Shown: positions 22,768 through 35,040 of the stretch, piece by piece | Layout: every line of letters starts with the position of its first letter | How positions within the stretch are numbered: position 1 is the stretch's first letter | Origin: Malacoraja senta | Lineage: Eukaryota | Assembly: GCA_038087875.1 (NCBI GenBank) | Contig: CM075988.1 | Location: forward strand, 25,484,001 to 25,548,000 | DNA: 64,000 nucleotides | Direction: 5' to 3' | Position numbers and translations under genes: made by a program | Notes under the pieces: model-generated | What the model saw: only the letters and a program-made list of their open reading frames with translations | Databases searched by the model: none | What the model was told of the DNA's origin: nothing

Positions 22768-23077
22768 CGGGCGGCACGGTGTTGCGTCGGTAGAGTTGCT
22801 GCCTCACAGCGCCACAGCTACGGGTTCGATCCTGACTACGGGGGCTGTCTGTGCAGAGTTTGTAGGTTCTCCCCATGACCTGCTTGGGTTTTCCCCTGGT
22901 GCTCCGGTTTCCTCCCACAATCCAAAGACGTATAGTTTTGTAGGTTAATTGGCTCGGAATAAATACAAATTGTCCCTAGTGTGTGTGTAGGATAGTGCTA
23001 GTGTACGGGAACGCTGGTCGGCACGGACTCGTGGGCCGAAGGGCCTGCTACCCACTGAATCTCTAAACTAAACTAAA
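22768..23077 (+). mobile_element. V-SINE (HE1-like)
   Basis: gggcggcacggt...gggttcgatcctgactacggg...ctctaaactaaactaaa. Confidence 0.85.
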
Positions 23078-23511
23078 GTATGACTGAAATGACTCTTTGT
23101 CTGCTGTAAAAATGTTCAAACTCTATCGGGTCGACCAGAAGTCCAGCCGCTGGCCTATGAAGGGAAAGCCTTGGCTATCTCAGATTTATTCCAAATCTGG
23201 CCATTGCTGCATGAAGATTCTGCTTATTGTCTATGTGTAGCGGCACTTGTGAAGATGGCTAACTACCAGGCTCCTGATCTGCTGCAGTTCACGTGGTGAA
23301 GAAAATCTCATGAGGCAACGGCAGATGAATCTCCTGATCAACGTAGTAGTATATGACTTGGATGAGAGAGTGTTGTTCTGTCCACTTGAATCCTATGGGA
23401 TGGAGCTCGCAAGATTGGGTGAATTTCTGTTGAATGTTACAAGAGAGGTAGTTTGGAAAATTGCTGTCCGTGAAACGGTTTTCACTTGTGATGACGTTTA
23501 TTTCCGTTTAG

Positions 23512-23655
23512 ATTACACAGAAGACTGTTTGGAGTTTTCCCACAAGGACACTGTGATTTTGCGGGACAGGCAGCAATACGTGTTGGTTGTCCTGAATGAA
23601 GGAAAAACTAAAGTAGGCTGCTTCAAAGACATGAACAACAGACAATTAAAAGAAG
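23512..23655 (+). CDS. IL18: IL18-like exon containing the caspase site and first beta-strands
   Basis: tttag|ATTAC...AGAAG|gtatgg, 144 nt, phase 1-1. (D)YTEDCLEFSHKDTVILRDRQQYVLVVLNEGKTKVGCFKDMNNRQLKE aligns by eye to human [45 protein letters not shown]. Confidence 0.88.
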
Positions 23656-24104
23656 GTATGGCTTCTTATTTATTAAAACATGAATAAAAGGTGGGACTAC
23701 TCTGAGCGTTGCACTCATGGATCTATTTTAAATGTGATTTTTCATTCTTAAAGCAACACAAATATAGGAACGGACAACTGAAAAATCTCTGGCTTAGTGA
23801 AAACAAAATTTGAGAGGGTGGTGGGAATATGAACGAGCTGACAGAGGAGGTAGTTGAGGCAGATACCACAGCAGCATTTAAAAGACATTTGAACAGGTGC
23901 ATGGATTGGAAAGGTTTAGAGGGATACGGCCAAATGTGGGCAAATGTGACCAGCTCTGATGGGTCATCTTCGTCAGCGTAGATGAGTTGGGCTGAAGCGT
24001 GTGTTTCCTCACTGTTTGACTCTGTGATCCTATGACAAAGTATGCATGGATTTATCCTGAGGCTCAACATGTGATGTTGTATTCAGTTTCCTCAGTTAAC
24101 TTGT

Positions 24105-24465
24105 GTTAAGGGTTGGACAGGCTCGATGCAGGAAGATTGTTCCCGATGTTGGGGAAGTCCAGAAGAAAGGGGTCACAGTTTAAGGATAAGGGGGAAGTCT
24201 TTTAGGACCGAGATGAGAAAAACATTTTTCACACAGAGAGTGGTGAATCTGTGGAATTCTCTGCCACAGAAGGTAGTTGAGGCCAGTTCATTGGCTATAT
24301 TCAAGAGGGAGTTAGATGTGGCCCTTGTGGCTAAAGGGATCAGGGGGTATGGGAGAAGGCAGGTACTGGATACTGAGTTGGATGATCAGCCATGATCATA
24401 TTGAATGGCGGAGCAGGCTCGAAGGGCCGAATGGCCTACACTGCACCTATTTTCTATGTTTCTGT
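24105..24465 (+). mobile_element. CR1-type LINE 3' fragment (others at about 3975-4200, 10985-11310, 16760-17095, 17205-17510, 24840-25260, 27300-27765, 28175-28535, 33580-33825, 34105-34440, 35410-35990, 63795-64000)
   Basis: RGHSLRIRGKSFRTEMRKTFFTQRVVNLWNSLP...; 3' UTR gatcagccatgatc...gggccgaatggcct and (tctatgtt)n tail. Confidence 0.9.
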
Positions 24466-26796
24466 ATTACCATTCTATGTCATCCTAACCCTTAGGATAT
24501 GATCTATGCCTCAATCCTCCACCTTAAATATCGGGGTAGTCTAACTATATTTTAATTTACCCTCATGCTGATCTCAGTCATGAGAAACAAAATGCTTTCA
24601 ACATCATATTACACACAGTCAATTCATCCCTTCATCTCTTCTACTGTACTGAAAACAGCTCCAATTTCCCAGTCTTTCTTTGTATTTTGTCCAACCAGGC
24701 TGTTTCCTTGCAAATTAATATTTAACTGTAAAACATGATCAGAACCTCTGTTCATATTAACTAAGCTTTAAGCAGAGCAAGAATTTCCAGATCTGTGCCT
24801 GTGAATGTATGAGTTTCTTTGCTAATCGTCATTTTCATCAGTGATAGGAGAAGAATTAGGCCATTTGGCCCTTCGAGTCTACTCCGCCATTCAACCGCAG
24901 CTGATCTATCTTTCCCCTCAACTCCATTCACCTGCCTTCTCCCCATGACCCCTGACACCCGTACTAATCAATATTCTGTTAACCTCCTCCCTCAAGAATC
25001 TCTCAATCTCCACCTTAAAAATATTCATTGACTTGGCCTCCACAGCCGTCTGTGGCAATGAATTCCACAGATTCACCACCCTCTGACTAAGAAATTCCTC
25101 CTCATCTTCTTCCTAAAGGAAAATCCTTTTATTCTGAGACTAAGGCATCTAATTCTAAACTCTCCCACACTTGTGGAAACATCCTCTCCACATCCACTCT
25201 ATGCAGGCCTTTCACTATTCGGTAAGTTTCAATGAGGTGTCCCCTCATCCTTCTAAATGCATTGATACTTTATTGTCATATGTGTTTGATTGTGTTCACT
25301 CATAGGCAAAGTTGGGCTAATTCCTCCATCATATTTCCTTCTAAATATTGCGGCACAAATACGCATTTTTACAATTTAATTTTGGTAAAACATATTCTTT
25401 TGTGATTCTTAATTATGCACTGAATGTGTTTTTTTCTTTTCTTTCTGTCCAGCAAAGAGGACTGACAACTCAAAGAGTGTAAGATTTGAATTGTTTGTAT
25501 CTATATACGAGTTACAATTGGACAATCTGTGCTGGGTGATGAAGAGCGTTCTTCTAACATTTAAGGTGTTCCTTTCAACTGGGTAACTGATCTGTTTAAA
25601 ATCTGTAACTAATTATTTTGACAATCTTCCTCACTCTCCACAATTTCGCTAATTTTGGTCTCATCTGCAACAAACCAACCCACCCACATTTCTATCCAAC
25701 ACTTTCATATATAGTACACACAGCAAAGGTCCCAGCACAGATCCCTGTGGAACGCCTCTAGTCACAGACCTCTAGCCAAGATGGTGGCGTTGCACTACTC
25801 CCCTCTGTCATCTGAGGGTAAACCAGTTTGAAGTCAAACTATCGCATAATAATGCATATGAATCTTGTGGATCAGCCTATCAAAAGGGGCTTTATTAAGT
25901 TCCTTTACTAAAATGTATTTTACGGGGATCGCTAGTCGGGGCGAACCCGGTGGGCCGAAGGGCCTGTTTCCGCGCTGTATCTCTTAACTAAACTAAACAT
26001 CAAAGATCAAAGCAACGGTCAACTTTGTAGCCAGTAGGAACCACAAAGAAACATGGAAGCAGGCCAAAGCTATTTCATTTACAATCATAGATATTGTGGA
26101 TGGTCAGGGATGCAAGTCCATACACTCCATGATCTTTAACACCACAGGTTAATAAAATTCATCCTCCGATATATGAAGTTTGACCTTGTATCAGTTTCCA
26201 AATGTACTGCATACCTGTAGAAGTGGTTTCTAACTCCACACCAACAAGTTTATCCACTACAATCCTTTGTCCTGGCCTTATTAAGCAATGGCAATGGTTT
26301 CTACTACCTGCTGCATCATAGGTCTTTTATTCCGAAATTGGAGTTTTGGATTGCTGGAGTTGTAGGATTCCTATGACAACCTACTTAATGAAACGGGGGC
26401 ATGACAAAATATTGATAGTTATGTATGTTTGGCGAGGGGAATTATACCAGTGAACCCATGTCTGGAAGCAAAAAATTAAAAATGCAGATTTTTAAAATCT
26501 GAAATGAAATTCGAATGTACTCAGAATAGCCAGCAGGGGACACAGAACTAATGTATCAGGTTGAGGCCTTCAGATGAAATTGCATCTATTTCAAACACTG
26601 AATGTTTCTCTTTCTAAATGCTGCTGGTTAATTACAGCACAGTTAATAAAAGTTACCGGGCTACTCAGCTTGGGAGCCTCTGGCTTCTGCAAACGTTGAA
26701 GTCTACTCCAGGTCTACTTCAATGCCCATCACACCACATCCTGCAGACTTTTGAGAATTGACATAACTATTAAAATGACTGTGACTATGTTTACTT

Positions 26797-27045
26797 CTAG
26801 ACTTTAGAGATAAGGCCCACCGAGTCCATGCCGACCAGCGATTACACTGTCCATTAACACTATCCTACACACTAGGGACAATTTAACTTTTTTTTTACCG
26901 AAGCCAATCAACCTACAGACGTCTTTGGAATGTGGGAGGTATCCGGAGCACCCGGAGAAAACCCACAGGGTCACAGGGAGATGGTACAAACTCCGTACAG
27001 ATGGTACCTGTGGTCAGGATCGATATCTGGGTCTCTGCCGCCCAC
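26797..27045 (-). mobile_element. V-SINE (HE1-like)
   Basis: Reverse complement of the SINE V-domain and tail. Confidence 0.8.
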
Positions 27046-27863
27046 TAATAAAAACCAGAAGGAATAAACCCAGAAAATAACCTGTGGGTTGTTAAAGCTC
27101 CCTTTCAGTCTAAGTGGTTGGGGAAATCCCTCACGCTTGTTCGCAGGTGACCAGCTGTGTGATGTTCTGAGGTGGTGTTGACTGGAGCGTGATCCTAGAG
27201 TGAAACTAACATGACAGCATCATCTGCCTCAAATGCAATGTTCTGACAGATGATTTTTTGTACACATGCCATTGCTATCTCCAAAATGTCATCTGGTTAA
27301 TTCTCAGGGTGGCAGGACAGACATATGAGGAAAGAATGGGTCGACTGGGCCTGTATTCACTGGAATTTAAAAGGATGAAAGGGTTTCTTATAGAAACATA
27401 TAACATTCTTAAAGGATTGGACAGGCTAGATGTTGGAAAAATGTACCCCATGTTGGGGGAGTCCAAAACCAGGGGGTCACAGTTTAAGAATAAGGGGTAG
27501 GCCATTTAGGACTGAGATGAGGAAAAACTTTTTCAACAGAGAGTAGTGAATGTGTGGAATTCTCTGCCACAGAAGGCAGTGGAGGCCGATTCCTTGGAGT
27601 TAGAATTAGCTCTTAGGGCTAACGGAATCAAGGGATATGGGGAAAAAGCAGGAACGGGGTACTGATTTTGGATGATCAGCCATGATCATACTGAATGGCG
27701 GTGCTGTCTCAAAGGGCCGAATGGCCGACTCCTGCACCTATTTTCTATGTTTCTGTGTTTCTATGTGAGAATTTACAAGGTTGCCACACAGACCAGTTTG
27801 CACCCTCATGGGTGGCAGTGATTGGCACAATTTATTTCCCTTATTTACAAAGTGAAGGATCAT

Positions 27864-27956
27864 CTGAAGAAGGGTTTCGGCCCGAAACGTTACCTATTTC
27901 CTTCGCTCCATAGATGCTGCTGCACCCGCTGAGTTTCTCCAGCACTTTTGTGTACC
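27864..27956 (+). mobile_element. Penelope-type terminal-repeat mini-element with hammerhead-like core (representative of more than 25 copies or fragments)
   Basis: CTGAAGA-A-GGGTTTCGGCCC-GAAAC-GTT...; target duplication gaaggatcat at 27854-27863 and 27957-27966. Confidence 0.75.
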
Positions 27957-28567
27957 GAAGGATCATGCATGCTAGTTTTATAAACAATCTTATTATTTGT
28001 TCTAACAGCTTCAACGATTTAATTATATACACTTCCCTCACCCATAGCAATACCCCAATAAGTCCGTACCATGTAATTAGAATCTAAATTATACACAGTA
28101 GCTGACGCATCACTCACTTGTATTAAATCACCAAATAGTTGGCCTGTTTAAAGAATTTTCACACACCAACTTATAGCGGTGTATAAAATCATTGGAGGGA
28201 TAGATTGAGTAGATGCATAGAGTCTCTTGCCCAGAGTAGGTGAATCGAGGACGACAGGACATAAATTTATGGTGAAGGGGAAAAGATTTAATAGGAATCT
28301 GAGGGGTAATTTTTTCACACAAAGGGTGGTGGGTGTTTGGAACCAGCTGCCAGAGGAGGTTGTTGAGGCAGGGACTATCCCAACATTTACGAAAGTTAGG
28401 TACATGGATAGGACAGGTTTGGAGGGATATGGGCCTGACACGGGCAGGTGGGACTAGGGTAGCTGGGACATGTTGGCCAGTGTGGGCAAGTTGGGACGAG
28501 GGGCCTGTTTCCATGTTGTATCACTCTATGACTAATTAATGCCACACATTTCAATTCTTTTTTGTAG

Positions 28568-28719
28568 GTGTTATATTCGACCTCATTTCTTATCAGCCAA
28601 CTGACTGTGAAACTGATTGTATATACAACGATTGTCTGAGTCCAGTTAGTTTTGTTCTCCAAAGCAATTCGAAGAAGTATCAGATGTCATGCAGCAAGGC
28701 AAAGACTATCGAGTTTCTG
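28568..28719 (+). CDS. IL18: IL18-like penultimate exon
   Basis: ttctttttgtag|GTGTT...TTTCTG|gtgggt, 152 nt, phase 1-0. VIFDLISYQPTDCETDCIYNDCLSPVSFVLQSNSKKYQMSCSKAKTIEFL versus human TIFIISMY...[24 protein letters not shown]. Not in the ORF track. Confidence 0.85.
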
Positions 28720-30054
28720 GTGGGTGCACTCCCTCGCACACGTTCCGTTCAGTTTCATTTGACACTTTCTAAACTTTAATCTCACTATCAACTATGCTAC
28801 TGATCTGAAGAAGGGTCTCGACCCGAAACGTTGCCTATTTCCTTCGCTCCATAGATGCTGCCTCACCCGCTGAGTTTCCCCAGCAATTTTGTCTTCCACG
28901 AGGTCAAACTCGCTTTAACTGAAGATAAAGTTTATATTTTGGTTTATATCAACCTGCATCCCCTTCTCCCCACTCCCACCATTCTGCCAGTTATCATTTA
29001 TCTATGGTCCTGCAGTTGTTGATCTCCGTAACCTCTACAGTGCTAGGACTTCCTCTCTGTAGTGTTGCCAATAGCATTGTATTCAGACCTTCATCTGTGA
29101 CTTAGTAAAGTTTATTATCAATATTTCTGGTATGCCCTCTCTGCCTTTGTATGTTGTAGCTCACCCACATGCCACCTTGACCTATTTATCTGCCTGTATT
29201 GCTATCTTCATCCATCTCCTTTGCCTCAGTTCAATATCCTATTATAACCTTTGTTCCTCCTTACTTCCTAGAGCGTGTAATAGAGCTTGTTTTGTTTTAT
29301 TATTTATCTCGGCGACTGTTGGAGCGGGCAACAAGTATTCTTTATTGAACTTGGCATACTCCCAACAAACCACAATCAGTACAATCAGTTGTATAAAGTA
29401 CTGTACACTTGCGCATGAATACATTACAGTGGTAGCTTTCCAAATCTTTTTACATCCAAATTGTTCACCCAGGTCACCTAATGTAAAGTTCTCCAGTCTA
29501 TGGACTTGTGCTTATTTAAAGAGTGGGGATATCGGTCCATTTTTAACATCCTGTGAGTTACGATCTACACTTTGAAAGCCAAGTTGTTGCAATACGCTAT
29601 TATTTTCCCTCGCACTCACTCCGTTCAGTTTCATTTGTCACTTTCCAAACATTAATCTCACTATCAACTATGCTACTGATCTGAACAAGGGTCTCGATCC
29701 GAAACGTTGCCTATTTCCTTCGCTCCATAGATGCTGCCTCACCCGCTGAGTTTCTCCAGCATTTTTGTCTACCTTCGATTTTTTCCAGCATCTGCAGTTC
29801 CTTCTTGAACATGCTGCTGATCTTTATCATCTGCAAACTTTCTCAATGATGGCTCTTGCATTTACGTCAAAATCATTCATATATTAGGGACATGACCACT
29901 GCATAACATTTCCAGTCACCAACATATCCTTCGAGTATAAGACGTGGGTATTTCCAAGTGCTTCAATATCTTTCTATAATACAATGGGGTTCCTATAAAA
30001 TGTAACTTTACATTCCTGTTTACTATCCTTCAAATCTACCATAGCACTCTCCAT

Positions 30055-30477
30055 AGCACTCGCTAGAATTTAGAAGATTGAAGGGGGATCTTATAGAAAC
30101 GTACAAAATTCTTAAGGGGTTGGACAGGCTAGATTCAGGAAGATTGTTCCAGATGTTGGGGAAGTCCAGAACAAGGGGTCACAGTTTAAGGATAAGAGGG
30201 AAATCTTTTAGGACCGAGATGAGAAAAACACTTTTCACACAGAGAGTGGTGAATCTCTGGAATTCTCTGCCACAGAATGTAGTTGAGGCCAGTTCATTGG
30301 CTATATTTAAGAGGGAGTTAGATGTGGCCCTTGTGGCTAAAGGGATCAGGGGGTAAGGAGAGAAGGCAGGTACAGGATACTGAGTTGGATGATCAGCCAT
30401 GATCATATTGAATGGCGGTGCAGGCTCGAAGGGCCGAATGGCCTACTCCTGCACCTATTTTCTATGTTTCTATGTTT
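30055..30477 (+). mobile_element. CR1-type LINE 3' fragment in last IL18 intron
   Basis: KGDLIETYKILKGLDRLD...FKRELD plus 3' UTR. Confidence 0.9.
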
Positions 30478-30648
30478 CCATGGCCTTATTGACTGGCATT
30501 GTTGTGCTGGTAATTTAGGATTCTGTTCTCCTGGTTCCTTGGCTTTTCTATCCTACACACTCGCTCTGTGTAAGCATTTATTTTGTTAAAAAGCAGGATA
30601 GATTTTCATGGATGCTTTATGACAACTGTTGACATATTTTTAAATTAG

Positions 30649-30876
30649 GAGATGAAAACTTCAGAGGAAGATACCGTGGATGCGAAGCAATGCAACCTCA
30701 TATTCTACAAGAGAAGAATCAGCGACCAGTACTCAATGTTTGAATCTATGTTGGCACAGAATCACTACCTCTCCACAGTATTTGAAAGTGGACTCTTTAA
30801 ATTAGGGTTGAAGGAGGTCAAGACCAAAATCGATGAAACAGCACAGATAGAAGTGTCAGAGTGTGAGTCCAAATAG
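30649..30876 (+). CDS. IL18: IL18-like terminal coding exon
   Basis: ttttaaattag|GAG ATG...TAG, phase 0. EMKTSEEDTVDAKQCNLIFYKRRISDQYSMFESMLAQNHYLSTVFESGLFKLGLKEVKTKIDE matches human EMNPPDNIKDTKSDIIFFQRS...[28 protein letters not shown] and contains an IL-1-family FES...YL signature. It lies tail-to-tail with SDHD, as human IL18 does. Confidence 0.9.
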   Translation, partial: EMKTSEEDTVDAKQCNLIFYKRRISDQYSMFESMLAQNHYLSTVFESGLFKLGLKEVKTKIDETAQIEVSECESK

Positions 30877-33350
30877 TTTGGGGTATCTGGGGACAAACCT
30901 TCCAAAAGGCAATTGACAAATGTATTTCTAAACCTAGAACAAGAGACCAGATCCTCTCACACACATCGGAAAAGTCTCGACCAAAAACATAGACTCATTT
31001 CCCACACAAGATGCTGCCAGTCCTGCTGAGTTCCAACAGCAGTTCAATTTTTGGCTCAAGATTACAATACAATACAATATTTATTCAATGTCATTTGAAC
31101 CTCAATGAGGCTCAAACGAAACTCTGTTTCTACAGCCATACAAACAAAACAATTCCTACAAGACACACAAACAATTCAATTCACACAAACATCCATCACA
31201 GTGAATCTCCTACTCACTGTGATGGAAGGCAGATTCCAGCATCTGCCGTCCTTTGTGTCTCAATGAGAGAACGTGGATAGTTTTCCCGGCTTTTTGTAAC
31301 TTAAGCTTTAAGTGTACCTTGCAGTCCCTCATGCTATGATGAGAGAGAAACAAATTTGAAGAAAGCATTTGCTTTTAGTTTTTTTGTGTTGTGGGAGTAG
31401 ATGATGTGCATTGAGGAGCCCCTGCAGGTGACGGTGTTCCCATGCAGCAGCTGTCCTCCTTGGTGCTCAAGGTCCCAAGGTTTGGCCGTAGCCTGCATGA
31501 GGAACTACAGACTATTTATTGGACTTCAATGTTATATCTTTGCAATAAATGTTGTACCCTATCTCCTTTATATGTGCACTGTGTAGTCATTTCTCTATCC
31601 TCCATACCCTGCTCCTTGGTGAAAACAGCAAAGTATTAATTTAGTACCTGGTCTCCGTCCGCAGACTCCAGGCACAAGTTCCCTCCTTTATCATCAAGCA
31701 GTCCTACATTCTCCCTAGTTATTCTCTTGTTTTTAATATAGGTACTAAAAAGCTTTGGGATTTTCTTTAATTGACTCACCAAACCATTTTGTGGCTCCTT
31801 TTGGCCCTTGTAATCACCCGCTCGAGTTCTTTCCTCCATTTTCTTTATATTCATCAATGGCCCTGTCTGATTCCAACCTTTCAAATCTTGCATGCACTTC
31901 ATTTTCCTCGTTGATCAAATTTACAACCTCTTTGGTCATCGAAGGTTCCCTTTCTTTGCCATCCTTGTCCCTCCTCCTTACTGGAACTCATCCAGTCAAG
32001 GGCACAGTGTTCAATGCACTCCTGACTCACGCCTTGTAACTCTTTGAAATAGGCGTCAGACATCATAGGCACCCAACCAAGGTACCTTCTCCGTTAGTAA
32101 CCGTATTTATATGCCTGATCCACTTGAGATTTCGCTCTGCAGTGACCCTAGTATTTTCGAGTCTCAACCATGTAGTTATTACAATGGCAAGGGTAGGTGG
32201 AGCTCGTAGTTCCGCCTCGATGCAATGCTTGCTATATCTGTTCTCGCCGGTTATGCCGCAACTCTCAGGAAGAACTGGAGATTGATGGCATAGGCAGAAA
32301 ATGGCTCAGTCGCCCAAAGTATGAAGGACTCACATAAGATAACTTGAGCTGTCTTTGGAATGAATTAGCTGTGTCTGCCACAACGGCATTTGAAAATGGG
32401 TGATGAAACCACCCTAAAAACCCTAATTGCAGCATGGAATTAATAGAATGAAAATCACATAAATGAAAGAACATTTTACGCTTTCATTCTGTGATTTACT
32501 GAGGTTTCAAAGAGTTTTGTTTGAGTGGATTCTTTATATTAAAAAAACTTGACTTTGAGGGAAAAGTCCTTGTAATCTAGACCTTTTCTGTCCTCAGCAG
32601 TTTCTGAACAAGATAAAAGACGGGGTAGAAATGGTTTAATTTGCATCTGTTTACCATCTGTACTAAAGGTTAATTTTACAATAAGGTCCCGGTTGCAAAA
32701 TAAACCATTTTGAACAGTAAGGTAGACAAAAAATGCTGGAGAAACTCAGCGGGTGAGGCAGCATCTATGGAGCGAAGGAATAGGTGACGTTTCGGGTCGA
32801 GACCCTTCTGAAGAATCCTTCACAGCACTGTTCCCTTTTACCCCACCCCCCCTTATTTAGTCCTCTACTCCCCTTTTCCCACCAGATTCCATTTTCGGCA
32901 GCCCTGTTTACCTCCAGTTATTACATCCAAGCCTGTGCTATCCGCACCACTCTCCTTTCCTGACTCCATTTATTAATTCACCTCTCCTAAATTCTGTAAT
33001 TATTAGTTACCATCTTCAAATTACTAGCCCCAATTATGCTCTTCAATAAAACTTTTCCATGTTCACCTTTGCATTATCAGAATTTCTCTCAAACACCAAT
33101 AGTTGATCTTCATGTAACATTTGTAATGCTGTAAAATATTCCAGAACTTCACAGAAATATTTTCAACCAAAATCAAACAAGCTGCATTCGATGGTTAGAG
33201 TAGTGGTCAGCTGACGGAGGATGCGGTATTGAGCCAGGGAGGTTTGACGGGAAACATCAGGGCTTATGGTCTGAATGACTGAAGATAAGCTGTGTGGTTG
33301 AATCATGAAAGTCAGGGACATTCCAAAGTCCAGATTTGGTTAAAGCACTC

Positions 33351-33425
33351 GGTTTGTGAAATCTGTAAGCTGTAGGTTTGTGAAATCTGTAAGCTGTAGG
33401 TTTGTGAAATCTGTAAGCTGTAGGT
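33351..33425. repeat. 24-bp tandem repeat, 3 copies
   Basis: ggtttgtgaaatctgtaagctgta. Confidence 0.95.
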
Positions 33426-34669
33426 TCAATTTCATATCAAGAAATGCAGAGGCAGCAGTATTAACCACACCCGAGTCGAGCATCTACCGTTGTGGTTAGA
33501 TTGTCAGCTTTGTTTCTCATCCCATCAACTTGACTCGTTCCCAGAGTACAGCATTCCTCTTTCACAAATACCATGTTAGAGTCACAGTCATAAAGGGATA
33601 GAGTGTGGAAACAGGCCCTTCTTGCCTACAGCCCAACTTGCCTACACCGGCCAATATGTCCCAGCTTCACTCGTCCCACCTGCCTGCGCTTGGTCCATAT
33701 TCCTCCAAACCTGTCCTATCCATATACCTGTCTAACTGCTTCTTAAATGTTGGGATAGTCCCTGCCTCAACAACCTTCTCTGGCAGCTTGTTCCATACAT
33801 CCACCACCCTTTATGTGAAAAAAACATGTTCTTAGACCATGCGTTGTTTAAGAAGGAACTGCAGATGCTGGAAAATCAGTCTGAAGAAGGGTTTCAACCC
33901 GAAATTTTACCTATTACCTTCGGTCCACAGATGCTGCCTCACCCGCTGAGTTTCTCCAGCATTTTTGTCTAGCTTCTTAGACCATGAAATCACTTTGAAT
34001 CTCCATACTCTCTGATTAATGAGGACAGAATTTCTACGCTTTCCAATTTCTACATGATTTTAAATTCAATATCTTCAGCTTTCTCTGCTTTGAGGAGGAT
34101 TACCTGGCCTGGATAGAGAGGATGTCTCCACTAGTGGGAGAGTCTAGGATCAGAGGTGATAGTCTCAAAATAAAACTAAGTTCCTTCAGGAAGGAGATGA
34201 GGAGGAATTTCTTTAGTCAGAGGGTGATGAATCTCTTGAATTCATTGCCACAGAAGGCTACGAAAACCAAGTCGATTGATATTTTTAAGGCAGAGAGATA
34301 GATTATTGATTAGTACGGGTGTCAGGGGTTATGGGGAGAATGGGGTTAATAGGGGAAGATAGACCAGGCACGATTGAATAGCGGAGTAGACATGATGGGC
34401 CAAATGGCCTAATTCTGCTCCTATCACTGATAAACTTATCTTCACGAGACCATCCATCCCTTTCTTTGGACCAATTGAATCAATCTAGCTGAACTTTTAC
34501 CTCATTCTCCCCGAAGCCCCAAAATTGGATACAATACACCAGGTCTTTAGTTGCTGCAAAAACTTTCCAAATATATTGAAATCGAATTGTGGATGCCAAC
34601 TGGTGCAACACCTGGTGAAGAATAATGCATTTTCAATTACATGTTATTTTAGCTTTTCACTGTTTGCTT

Positions 34670-35040
34670 ACCCACCACACCACCTCCAGGTCCCTCAGAT
34701 CGGCCGACTTGGGGTTACTGAACATCCCACGGTCTAGGCATAAGCTCAGGGGCGACCGCGCCTTTGTGGTTGCAGCTCCTAGACTGTGGAACAGCATCCC
34801 TCTTCCCATCAGAACTGCCCCCTCCATCGACTCTTTTAAGTCGAGACTTAATACTCATCTTTACTCTCAAGCCTTTCTTGACGTCCTCCGAGGGAGGGCT
34901 ATATGTATGTATTTATGTATGTACTTAATCTATGAACCAATGTTGTATAACGTTAATACCTCCACCAATGTAAAGCACTTTGGCCAACGAGAGTTGTTTT
35001 TTAAATGTGCTATAGAAATAAAAGTGACTTGACTTGACTT
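34670..35040 (+). mobile_element. L2-type LINE 3' end
   Basis: RSLRSAD..LL.IPR....GDRAF.VAAPRLWNS.P..IR.APSIDSFKSRL.THLY; ends aataaaagt(gactt)n. Confidence 0.85.

Noticed and set aside
23310..23687. 125-aa ORF as a stand-alone gene
   Set aside because: Only 23512-23655 is bounded by splice sites and IL-18-like; the rest is intronic read-through.
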